NCBI GenBank assembly: GCA_010015805.1
Contig: ML978127.1
Span: 1,054,001-1,118,000, forward strand
Length of the DNA stretch: 64,000 nucleotides
Direction of reading: 5' to 3'
Source of the DNA: Rhizodiscina lignyota
Taxonomy: Eukaryota
Below the pieces are notes generated by a model. That model did not search any database, was not told the DNA's origin, and was given only the letters and a program-made list of their open reading frames with translations. Below are positions 14,108 to 25,720 of this stretch, piece after piece. The stretch's first letter is position 1. Each line of letters begins with the position of its first letter. The position numbers were made by a program, and so were the translations under genes.

Positions 14108-15251
14108 CTAGTGGCCCTTCTTGCCACCCTTTTGGGCCTGGCTTTGAATGGTTTGAGTTTGGTTGGTGGCGGCACCAGCGTTGGCGGCTCCAGCGTTTGC
14201 GCCAGTGTTGGCGGCTCCAGCGTTTGCGCCAGTGTTGGCAGCTCCAGCGTTTGCGCCAGTGTTGGCAGCTCCAGCGTTTGCGCCAGTGTTGGCAGCTCCA
14301 GCGTTGGCACCATTCTGAGCACCAGCATTGGCACCAGTGTTGGTAGCACCAGTGTTTGCGCCAGTGTTGCCAGTGTTGCCAGTGTTGCCAGTGTTGCCAG
14401 TGTTGCCAGTGTTGCCAGTGTTGCCAGTGTTGCCAGTGTTGCCAGTATTAGTAGCGCCAGTGTTGCCCTGGTTGCCCGTGTTGGTGTTAGCGGTGGTGGC
14501 AGGCTGCCCAGTCAGCGTCAACTTTGAGTTGGGCGTATAGCCTGAAATTGTGCCACCGCCAACGTTCTGCTGGACAACGTTCGTCTGCGCGTTGGCCGCG
14601 AGCTGCTGGTATTGTTGCAGCAATTGCTGGTTTCCGTTGATCATCATGACCTGTCTAGATGTTAGCAGTTGGTCAAGCACCATTCAGATTATTCATCTTA
14701 CCATTCCCTGCTGGCAATGTTGTTGCTGAGCACAATAAACTGGGATTGGGTTCGTGTTCTGGACCTGGACGGTGAAGGAGGCAGTGCCAGCAGCGCGCTC
14801 TTCGAGGAAGACGACATCGCTTCCGCGAATTCTGAACCTGTTGTTCTTGCCGTTCTTACCATTCTGGGCAGCCTGGCCTTGGGCAGCCTGGCCGGTTTGA
14901 CCGGTCTGAGTCTGGCCCTTGGTTTGGCCTGGAATTGTGGCAGGCACCGTCGGGTTGTTATTTACGGCAACAAAGCCGGAGTTGAATCCGCCGGCCGGCT
15001 GGCAACCAGCACTCATGGTACCTTGGGTAGCAGAGTGATTCTGCGACTGTTAGCAGGTGCAAGCAGTGCTGTGTGTTCGAGAGACATACCGCGTTCACAA
15101 AGAGGAACTGAACATTGTCACCCGGCTGAGCGGCGACCATTGGGGGAGTAAAGGTCAGGCCGTTGTTCTGTCCAACCATGACCTGCATAGTGGCACCGTA
15201 GACGGTGGCGCACTGAGCGAGAGCGGCAACGACGGAGGGTTTGAAATGCAT
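14108..15251 (-). CDS. Secreted cupredoxin-domain protein with N/T/G/A-rich repetitive tail
   Basis: Signal peptide; VMVG..GLTFTP...A.PGDNVQF.F, NHSVTQ, GFNSGF, YCAQQQHCQQGMV (type-1 Cu ligand pattern His/Cys/His/Met); three exons; tail of NTG and GANAGAANT repeats ending KGGKKGH. Confidence 0.85.
14190..14297. repeat. Coding minisatellite, 4 x 27 bp (CCAGCGTTTGCGCCAGTGTTGGCRGCT), encoding GANAGAANT on the minus strand
   Basis: Directly visible tandem copies. Confidence 0.95.
14361..14450. repeat. Coding tandem repeat, 9 perfect x CCAGTGTTG plus one variant, encoding (NTG)n on the minus strand
   Basis: Directly visible tandem copies. Confidence 0.97.
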
Positions 15252-17112
15252 CTTGTTGTCGTAAAGAGAGACTTTCTGTGATATGGATGAAGATTAAGTT
15301 TATGCAGATAAAGCTCCGGCCGGCCGAAAGAGTGACTTGAAGAGAATCGAAGTGAACTGGCTACACAGTAGCTTGGCAAGAAAAGACCGGTGGAGGAGAG
15401 GTGAAGATACTTTGCTGCACTGCAGTAGTATTTAGAACGAATGATGCCGAGAAAAATATGGAAGCTTGGCTGCAAACATATATACCTACTCGTGGAGAAG
15501 CTTTCCTGGTGGAGAATGACAATTCCGCCCAGGAGGTATGGTCAAGGGTGGTTCGTGATGCCATGAGCATTGTCTCGAGCTCTTCGACGAGACGCCTAAC
15601 GTTGCTCGTGGAGTTCGGATACCTGATCTGCGTATGTAGCAGAAAGGCGGCTCCAGCAACGCGAGCTGTGAGTGGCTTCGCCTACGACGATGTTCTATTC
15701 AGAGAACGGCAGAGCGTCGAACACGGCGTGCCAGACCCGCTCCGAACACCTGTTGGGCTTGGGAGTCAGTCGCAGCCGGGTTTCAGACGACTTTGACGAT
15801 TGAAGCGATGTTCTAGTGCGGCTGAAAGGTGCGATCTCAGTTGAGCCAGAAGTTGTCACACTTGGCGCTTGGCCGCATGTACCTGGCGTGGCCGGGGTGC
15901 CTGGTTGAAACTCTCCGTGACAGTCGATTGTTTCTTTCCGATTCAGGTGACATCGACCTCTGAGCGCCGGTGCCTCTGGCATCGACTTGCCTTTTTGTCA
16001 CAATTTTCCCATAGGCTGAACTCCTCCATACCCGATACTGCCAAGCTGCTTCATGAAAAAAGGAAAAGGCGGGGGAGAAATGAAAGGTTCGGCATGCATC
16101 GTGCCCCGTAGTTTCGTGTCACTTCAGATTCCCGCTCCGCGCGCCTCTGCTCGCGGTGACCATCGATGTTGGAACAAGCCCGCTATTCAACCCGCAAAAA
16201 GGAATGACGTGCAGACGGGGTTGCTTCAGCCGTCAGTGAAGCTATACACGCGAATAGACGAAATTAGCTGGTCACGTGAGAGGCTGGACGGCATCTGCGG
16301 CCCGCGCCTCAGGAAGCGCCCAGACCTCCGGCTGCTTTTGCTTTTGCTTCCTCTCCTGCTTCATCCAAGCGAAGCTCCAAGGACATTGATCATGCAGCGC
16401 CCGTTCCTGACGAGCACGGGCTGTCGGTGGCAATCTGGGCAAACGGAACGAGTCGAACATGTTTTCAAAGAGCCTGTCAAGATATTGTTAGCAGCTGCGA
16501 ACTGCCGCCTACAGCCCCTTATTGTTCCTGGGTGGAGAGAGCCAAGAGTCCCGTCCAGGAGCAACGGAAAGTCTGACGATTCTCACTGCCAAGCTCGTCT
16601 CTGAATGCAAGATCAAATTGACGAGTTGGCAGCCCATTAGCCCGATATACGTCTTGGTAGCAAGCACACGAAGGAACCACCAAGACATCCAACACTGAGC
16701 AAAGACAGCACGCGCCTGTGAGAATACATGCCTTGGAAGTGGCAGAAAGGTGGTCCCACTGGTGTGTCTGCCTAGTCTCCACAGAAGCGTTACATTTCCT
16801 CCGGGACTCCGAGAGCTTTTCTGCCACACCTTGCGCTGGTGTCCAATGAAGCAGTTTCATCCGAACTCAACCCGAGACGATGAGCGGCGCTTCACCGGGG
16901 CGGAGAAGATGCATTGCAATACTCCGTACGATGTCATAGGATTGTGCTCATTCCTAACTCAACGGCCTCATTGAGTAATAACTAGTCCCTCAAGGGCATT
17001 TACGTGCTAGGCAGCATGAAAGAGACATAACAAACCATCGCATTATGGTACAGGGCCATTCCGAAAGCATAGTTGAGAGAAAACAAATATTCTACACGCA
17101 TATTCCGAGTAA

Positions 17113-18005
17113 TTACATTGATGTCCTTCCCATTGCTACAATGAGCCTCATCTCCCCACCTCTGGTTTCAATTTCTTGCCGATAGCGCTCTGGTAAGCTA
17201 CCCACGAAGCCCTCCGGTCGATCTACTCCAAGTCGGGTTGCCGCCTCGCAAACGAAATTCACGTTCTGAACGCTCGCCTCCGTGCTGAGTATGGCTATCT
17301 CTTCACTGCTACAACTCTTCCCGTATGGAACTGATACCATCTCCTCCCGTACCTCATCGAGTTCTGCATCTTTCAACCAGGCCACCATGGTGCCTGGTAT
17401 ATTGAAGGTCAGACCACTTCCCCCCTTCTCGAGCATGGAAACGACCAACCGTAGGAAGTCTTTGGCAGCCGGTCCGTCATTGTCTGTCTCTGTCAAGTCC
17501 ATCTCCATCAACTGAATCCAACCCCCCGGCTTTACAAGTGCTGTAAGGTTGGAGACACACTCTTTTGGTGGAATGGAGCGGCTTCTCGCCAGCGCGGCAC
17601 GTTGGTGTACAAGGTCAAATGTCTCATACAGAGCCGTCGGCCACGGGACTTGAAAGTCTTGCTTTATTAGCGCGGTGTGCGGTGGCGCCTTTGATGGGAA
17701 GAAGCTGGTCATAATATCGGCACCGACAAGAGCATATGGGCTTTTGAGATGCGTAGAGATGTCGCGGAGCCATGCACCTAATAAAACGCTGTGAGTATGG
17801 CAGCAGGCGTGCTTAAAAGTGCTTGCGTACCATTTGCCGTCGCAGAGTCCAGGATGCAGAGATCAGGCTTCGACAGGTCGAGCGGAGCCAAGATGAGCCT
17901 GTCATTCATCGCAGCTTTGACAACCGCTTGGGTTTTATCTAAGCGCTCGAGCTCTGTTGGTTCGTCTCTAAGGAGACATCCTTGTTCTCCTTCCGGCTCC
18001 GCCAT
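17113..18005 (-). CDS. Class I SAM-dependent methyltransferase (LaeA/SirN-like fungal family)
   Basis: ELERL...APLD....ILDSATANG.W, LVGADI, FDLVHQR, LVKPGGWIQLME; one intron near 17780-17830. Confidence 0.88.
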
Positions 18006-20089
18006 TTTCTGATTAAGTATCTAATTAGAAAGAACATTAGGATAGAAGAGTTTTGTCGGATTGAATAAGGAACAGTAGCAGTAGATTGAACAGGCCTCCA
18101 AACCTTGGCTATGAAGAGCATTATATGCTTGACGACAAATGGTATCGTATTGAGATGTACGGAGTAGACGCGCTCAATATACTACAAATTGAAAAGGTCT
18201 TAATTTCTCATAGCGCAACGGGCGGTCAAACATCCTGGGCGGAGTGAAAATAAGGGAAAGGCAATTTTATGATTTGAAGAATCGAGCTCGAAATACTACA
18301 AAAGAACATCGTAACCGTTGGAAAGATTTCCTACTGAATGTGGAAAGGTTTGCGACCTCCGGAGATTTATGAAGGAGCTAGTTTCCAGCGAGCCGAACAT
18401 TACATGGACGGAGCGACCCTAAGAAGCTTCCGTATATCAGTAAAATCACATTCGAGGTTATTAGGGAGAAGCTTACCTAGCCTGCTTCAGAAGATTTGCT
18501 TCTCGATATCACGAAAAAGGGACACTGTGATGGGTCTCATTCGCTCGCCGGGAACTACCTCTTTCGTATATTGGGCGGGTTGCTGACTGCTCAACTCCGA
18601 CCGTGTACAAAGTTGGGACAGACGACTCAGACGAGCAATCATAAGCAGAGTACTCTATGACTGCCTCCAAGCTAGAGATTTCGAAGCGAACGAATACACT
18701 GGAGCCTTGAAAGGAAAGGAGCTGACTGTGGTAACAAACTGGGCTGAACCAGTACGGGTTGGCCTGACGGAGAAATCTCCATGCTTCGCTGGAGTTGCAA
18801 GACGGGAGAATAGCAACCCGTGTGCAGAGTAAATATTAATTAGCTCTTGTAAAGGTAATTCGCTTCGTGCTGCCCGAGTCCAAAATGAGAGAGTGAACGC
18901 AAGATTCCGGGCTGTATGTGAATCAAAAGGTGATGGTCACCACCACGGAAATCTTCCGACGCCGACGCCGACGCGTCGCTCCACCATACGTCTCGATCAT
19001 ATACGCGCCGACAACCGCATATGCATGCACTTCGCCCGATCATGCAGCCGAAGCTGGGGCCCTTCCTCGCGGAGCATACGCGCTCAGCGAGATTTTGACG
19101 CGACGTATCGACTTCTTTAAGGCTTCAAACCCCCGATGAAAAGCTACCGAAGGGATGGTCCGAACTTCTTCGCTGACTCACGCCGAGCATCAACAGTATC
19201 GCAACCGCTGACTCTCAAGCATCACAGAAAGAGATTCAAACTTGATATGACAAGCTTGCCGAAGAGGGAAAAGAGAAGCGGGGAATTCTTTTAGAAGGAT
19301 CAGGCTGCCTGCCGTGTAACATTCATGGCCAACAGCGTGGAAGCCACCAACAACGCAACAGATGCTGCTAATCGTGGCTTTCCTTCACTCTTCGTGTTCA
19401 AGCACTGTCGGATGAGGCTCTGATCTCTAAGATCGAGCAAATTAAGCGCCAGGGTCCTCCTTCAGGAATCTGCTACTCCAAAGCTGAAAAATGTCGGGCG
19501 TAAGATCAAAAGTGTTTCAGCCAACCGCAGCCGCGCTTCTCCCCCCGCGGATGCACCTCGCCATATCCGTCTGCTTGGGACGGAAGCATTCGAAGATTCT
19601 TTGCCAATGTCGAATTTTGCCGGCCACACTCCGGCTGTCAATCAGAAGCTCGTCCGTAGGTGTTATGAGCAGGTCAACTCCCTTGTCCATGCCGGAATAC
19701 GCCTATCCCAGAGCTCCGCCACCTGGATATGGACGGTATGCCCCCAGATGTAGGGTCTAGCTCTGTGGTCAATGGTGAGATTCTCTCGAACATCTGTCAA
19801 GCCGGCAGGAAAGTCTGTGCCGCTCCTGCTATTCCCACCAAGTGAGTATGTGGCATATGTACGTTTATCGCCGGGGCGATGGTGTTGTGATTATGTGAAT
19901 ATATATCTGTTGCGACTTTTTCTATCAGCTGTTGCTATGCCGTACACGACTTTCTCATCTCTAGATAGATTCCTCACTCATATTTCAAAACTATTCCAGC
20001 AGTTTAATCTTTAATTCTTCGTCCGATACTTGGACTCACTGCACTTGTTCATCACAGACCTACTCCCACCTTCTATTCATCCTACAGTC

Positions 20090-20587
20090 ATGGAAAACAC
20101 TCAAGGCACACCAAACCATCTCCAACCGCCTCGTCGTGTTGGTCTGCCATCCAGTCCGCGCGAGTATCTCTTGTTTCCGCCGCCTTCCCCGTCAGCCACT
20201 CTCTGTCCTCCTGGATCACCTCCAACGACCACAGCATGCTCAAACCACGATTCCACCCGTCGCACACATCACAAGCCTTCCTTAAGCACTAGCACTGCTG
20301 CTACTGTCATCGGGACACCGCAACCCTCACCAAAAATCGAAGTCGAAGAGCCCGAAGCCGCGGCGCTATGGGGGCAGCAGCCTCGACGAGCTCCTGAGAT
20401 GCCTCGGACTCAACGGACTCTGCGGCAAGTGCAGGTATCTCTACCCACCGAAGAGGCAAGAGAGCCAAAGAAGCGGTCAGGGCTATTTGGCGGGTGCTTC
20501 GGTAGGAAAAGCAAGAAGCCGAACCCTCAAAAGAAGTATCGTGAGCCGCTGTACTTGGTTCCGGATGCGCACTGGACCGAGCTTTAG
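20090..20587 (+). CDS. Small Pro/Ser/Thr-rich hypothetical protein
   Basis: Intronless ORF with good ATG context after a pyrimidine-rich leader; basic C-terminal segment around GGCFG and terminal HWTEL. Confidence 0.6.
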   Translation: MENTQGTPNHLQPPRRVGLPSSPREYLLFPPPSPSATLCPPGSPPTTTACSNHDSTRRTHHKPSLSTSTAATVIGTPQPSPKIEVEEPEAAALWGQQPRRAPEMPRTQRTLRQVQVSLPTEEAREPKKRSGLFGGCFGRKSKKPNPQKKYREPLYLVPDAHWTEL

Positions 20588-22063
20588 CTTGGAGTTAAAA
20601 GGACGATCGTTACTTGACTCTCGTGTTTTTGGTTCCTTTAGACAAGGGTTCACTCCTTCGAAGGGTAGCCGGCGGTTAAGCTCGGCGGGTTTTTCATCTT
20701 GCATCCAGCGTCTTTCATTCACTGTTTGAGCCTTCCGATTGGAGCACGGCCGCAGTCACTACAAGATACCATGTTCCTCTAGTTTCTGTCCGCGCGATAA
20801 TGCGAGTTATGTTGGGAGGGCTTCGAAAGCGAGCATCCATCGCCGCTAAACTGTGTTTACTAGACTTTATACTGTCACTTCTTCAGGTAGTTCCACATGA
20901 TGATCTATTCTGGGATTTTCTTCTTTGAATTCGAAGTTCTTCGATATCATCCGATTAAGCGGAGATTATTATACAGTGCTCGCCAGACGCCGCTGCAATG
21001 CATTTCCCGCCGAACAGTATATATACATGGCCAATAGTTATTGACCGAGTATTGCATGTCTCCTCATAATGTCATCGTCCGAAAAGCGCCAGGAGCGCGT
21101 CCCAAAGTCCTAACACGTGGAGTATTTTGTGTACGGCCGACAGTCCGTAGGATGACGTTTACGGGGGCAGTAAGAACTCGCTCCAGCTGCTGTGTAGAAA
21201 TGTAACGCCGAGCTGTACCGGAATTTGTGTCAACATCAGTTTCTTATATCGGGGCTGCTGCATTTGCTCGCGCGGCGCCGAGACGCCGTAGAGGTGGACG
21301 GAGCTTTATTGGTGACTTACAGCAAACAGGCCGACAGCCGTCACAACGCTCCTATTGTCCGGCGAAGTGAGCGCGCCCACATATGCGCTGACAGTACTTT
21401 GATGTCGAGAACCTCCGCGAGCTGCTTTCGGGGCCATGGCGTTGGTATTGTCGGGATACGGCTTGATAGCGAGGGAAGAGTACAGCCTCTTGCGTCGAAC
21501 TGCAGATATGGGCCGTCAGCAGAGAGTTCAAATGCAAGAGGTATGGGAATCTCCACCTCCTATTCTTTGCTATACGTACCGTTCAGAACCGATGTGCAGA
21601 AATCTTTTGGTCTGTCCTCGCTTCCAGCTACGAGACAAACCCTTCGAAGCGGGAGCTAAGACTTTCCGCTCCGTGCCAAGCCTAGCGCGTGCTCAAGGAC
21701 AGGGGTCTTCGGAGTACTCCGTGATTGCTATATACTTCATACCAACAGTACTCCTTATCACTGGTGATGTCTTGCCCATCTTTGTTTGGCAAATTTAATG
21801 ATGATGGCATTACAACTTGACCGGAAGCAGACCCTGAGCACTTTCACGGCATCGCCATTACGAGCTCATGGACGAATATATGATCACCGTCGTTACATAC
21901 ACTTCAGCGTCGAAGTATGAGCAAACGTGCTTTCCGCTAGCCTAATTGGAACACCTTGCGTGATAAGCATGCGATTAAATGTTTCTTCATGTCAATGCAC
22001 CTTTGAATTGCACAACCTCATCTTTGATTTGACCTTCCAGATGCTCTACTGGCTCAGAGCTCT

Positions 22064-25000
22064 CTATTTCATCCAACATTTAGCCCATTCCGACACGCAC
22101 TTCTTAATCAGTCCGCTTCCAACAACGTCCACACCGTCCCTAATTACACCTGTTCGTTCGCCAGTCTTGCTAGTTTCGAAAACCAGGCCTTTTCGCCCAG
22201 GCATGTCATTGTCGTACTTCTCTACGAAGAATTCCAATAGCTTGATGGTCGGGTTCTTCTCTGGATCCGGTTCCCCTTCTCGGAGCCTCTGGATCCATTC
22301 ACGTTGCGAGACAGTCTCAAATTCCAGCCCTGCTTCTTTCAGCGCAGGAAGAAGATCGTCACTCCAACTAAATAACCGGGGGTTCTGGAGATGGTACACC
22401 AGGTCAATGCCGGAAAGAACTCCCGCATCAACGAACGGTATGCGCAAGCCTGACAGATCTAAGGTGGCTTCTGCACACTTGTCGACCGGCAGCCAGCTAG
22501 GCATCTCATCCAATCTTGGAAGGGCTCGTATGGTTACTGCGGAACGGATCATGAGCGGAATGGCTTCAGTGTCATTCCATAGCCCGTTTATGGTGTCACC
22601 AATAAGCTGGCCTGTCCGCAGAACTCGGGTATCTTGCCCTGTGGATCGCCCAGCGGCCCGGACGATGTGCTCCGCCACGAATTTAGACCGGGCATAACCC
22701 ATATTCTGCGCATGCCCCGGATTTTGAATATACGCCTCTTTGATGCTAGCAGGAACTGGTGTGCCAGCGGCCGCAGAGATCGATGAAATGAATGAGAATC
22801 GTGCAGGTCGGTGGAATGGTACGCTTTGACACACACGCAGGAGATTGTAAGTTCCACGAATGTGGTGTGGTTCGAAACTGGCTACACCGATGTTGAAATT
22901 CACCGCCCATGCGCTGTGGATTACACTCGTGAGAGTGCGTTTTAATGTCGTTAATGTCGTCTCATCAAGACCGAGATCCGGTTTGCTCAAATCACTTGGC
23001 AGTGCTTTGACTTTCTCTGGAGCTGAGAGTGACGGAAGCCTCCTGGCCGCCAGGGACTGCGTGATTCGATCTTGCGCAGCTGCTGTGGATTCTGCTCGTA
23101 CCAGACAGTATACAGCCATAACGTTCGGCAGTGCGAGTAGCTGAGAAAGCAAATGAGCTCCCAGGGATCCAGTCGCTCCCGTCAGGAGAACAACGTCACC
23201 TTGCGGTATTTCATTCCCAGGGACAAAACGTGGGAACGATGAGTACTTCTCGATGAGCTCCCACATCACTTCCACATCATCTTTCCTGTCTCTCATTGAA
23301 CCGATACTGATCGAATACAGATGCTTCGCGAGAGCTCGTATGGATGGATGCTCAAACACAACATTCTGGCCAAGCGTACGACCGGCAAGATAAATTTCCC
23401 TCATGATGTGTCCCCTTGCAGCAATTGCCTGTCGACTATCGGTTCCAGCTTCAAAAAAGTCTTTATCCAGGCTCAGACCAGCAACACCAACGCGATTGGT
23501 GAAAAGGTCCATCAAATAAGCCTCAAGGTCGGCCGAATCAAGCTTTCGCTGTGCATCGGCATCTTCAGGGGTTTCAAATCGAACATATACTTCTTCAATC
23601 AGCTCGGCAAAGTGCTTGTACGAAGCAGCGCGAATCATTGTCCCCTTGTCAGTACGTGGATAATCGATGTCATGCTGAAGTATTTCCACCATCTCCATTG
23701 GAATCTGCCCGAACTTCTCCGTCCGAGTATTAGCAGCCTCTATCGACGGCTTGAGCCTTTCAAGAAGCACTTCTTTGCTAGTGTCTCTTCCCTTTTCGCT
23801 TGGGATTACTAAAATCCCAGGGAAAGCCTTGCCGACTCCGAAGACGAGGCAATCTTGGACGAGGTCGTTCTGTCTAATCTGATGCTCGTAGGGAACAGGC
23901 AGGACCTTCTCTCCATTCACTAGAGTCACTCTGTCATCGAGTCGTCCGAGATATTTCCAAGCATTTGGAATCGTTGGGTGCGCCTCAAACGTGTCTCTCG
24001 TATGGAAGGAGTTCGGCGGGTCATCCGAATTGGAGAGTATCTTTGTTGGCAGGCCATCCAAAACTACGCATTCGAAGACGCCATCACTGACGGGAAGAAA
24101 ACGCAGGTATGGCACTACTTTCGGCAGCGGTCGCATATAATTCCACGCCTTGTCTTCTGAATCGCGGAAGGACGTCATCAACTGACCCATTTCGGTCCTG
24201 GAAGAGGTTAGCTAAGTCAGTGAACAACTGTGATACACTGAGACTGACGCTCCGTAATGCCCAACGACATAGACGCCCGCGCTAACGAGGAGATCACCGA
24301 GTTCATCTGGCAAGCTGCTGCCTCCGAAAAGTACAAGCTTGCACTTTGTTAAAGCGGCCACGCCTTCGTCTGATTCTGCAAGAACCTTCAACGCGTATGG
24401 AACGCAGTGGAAGCTCTCTGGTTCAGCTGCCTTCATCGCCTCGACCAAATTGGAATTCGTGAGCGGCAAGTTTGCGTTGTAGAATACTGTCCGCTTGTTT
24501 GCCACTATCCCTCTAAAAGTTGTCGCAATACCGTGGTTGTGGAACAGCGGCAGCGTCACAAGTGCTCGAAAGCCGCTGCCAAGCGCATAGTTGGATAAGC
24601 ATGATCGGTGCGTCTGAAAGATCGGCTTTGGCAGACCAGTTGATCCGGAGGAATGGACGATAAAAGCTATACAGTTCTCTTCGTTGATCAACTCCACCCG
24701 TCTCTGGAACCTCAACTCTGTTTCCGACATCACGGCATATATCGATCGATCCAAAAGCGGGAATCTCCGCACGCTGTAGACTTCTTCAATGCTTTGGATA
24801 GTCTTTGAGAATTTGTCTGAAGCAACAATATTGGCGCAACTGGACTTCTCCAACAGCGATACGTACGCCTCGATTGGAAGCCGGGTCGACAAGAAGAGCA
24901 CTGCGAAGCCCATCCGTGTGAGTGCCAGCAGTGCGATGAAATAGTCCAAGTTTGACGGGCCCAGGAGCCCGACAACTTCGCTCTTGTCACTTCGTTTCTG

Positions 25001-25261
25001 TCTTGGAACAAGCCCCATACTCGTTAATCGAGTCGCTGCTGCATCTGCGAAAAGATCGAGCTCTTTTGCGGTGTATTCCGCTAAGCTACCGTTCTCGCGG
25101 TCTGAAGCTGGGTAAGCTATCAAGACGGTGTCTGGAATCGTTTCAGCTTTGTGGATAATGAGGTCATTAATGCAGTTTATGTCTTTTCTCTTTGAAGGTT
25201 TTAATGTGGCGGAAACGTCTAACTTAGCCACAGACTCGACTGATGTGATTGAAACCGACAT
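22064..25261 (-). CDS. NRPS-like carboxylic acid reductase (adenylation-thiolation-reductase, A-T-R)
   Basis: A domain HSSGSTGLPKPI, YGATEMG across the intron (about 24199-24247), GRLDDRVTLVNGEK, PRTDKG; T domain DFFEAGTDS; R domain LTGATGSLG, HSAWAVNF, GYARSK. About 1050 aa. Confidence 0.93.
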
Positions 25262-25407
25262 GGTCAAAGTGCTCCGGTTTCTCTTCACGGAGGTTTGGAA
25301 ATACACAACACCCAACGAGCTTAGTTGGGATATATATAAATATATATATTTTACAGGATTCTCAAGCTGGATGCAATGTAACAGACTGGTATCGATGCTA
25401 TGCTTTC

Positions 25408-25467
25408 GGATTATCGGATAATCCTGGAAACCCCCGGAACCATAAGATCAGCTCCCCGATCGGGGAG
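25408..25467. promoter_or_regulatory. CGG-rich palindromes in the divergent CAR / Zn2Cys6 promoter
   Basis: GGATTATC-G-GATAATCC (25408-25424) and CTCCCCGATCGGGGAG (25452-25467) are perfect inverted repeats; a TATA-rich tract lies at about 25330-25352. Confidence 0.5.
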
Positions 25468-25720
25468 ATTGAGCTTCAGAGAGAACATCAAGAATTCTAG
25501 CATTTTTGCACATCGAACGGATTTCAGACGTAAATTCCGGACCAGTGCTTTGATTGTCTCATGTGGAGCTGGAAGCATCGTCGGCTGGGGTCTTCTTAGC
25601 CGTTAGCGCTTGCTGACTAAATGCGGAAAAGCGTCAAATTTCGAGCTTTCGCAACTTCCGACTCTCGATTTCTCCGTCTTCAGTTATCCGTGTGTACACG
25701 CCGAGCGACAACTTCATCGG

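Noticed and set aside
14190..14450. Tandem repeats as a CRISPR-like array or separate repeat ORFs (PVL/ASV/LQRLRQCW frames)
   Set aside because: No unique spacers, eukaryotic context, and the units are codon multiples within the cupredoxin exon; other frames are shadows.
15400..16980. Multiple overlapping ORFs upstream of the cupredoxin gene
   Set aside because: No domain signal or consistent splicing; most likely a long regulatory region.
18300..19800. Short ORFs including an Arg-rich one at 18918-19139
   Set aside because: The Arg run comes from a short GACGCC repeat; no homology recognisable.
22064..25261. CAR as the 6-MSA-reducing enzyme of the PKS cluster
   Set aside because: Not excluded, but it lies more than 10 kb from the PKS beyond an unrelated gene and shares a promoter and CGG motifs with the sugar-acid genes.
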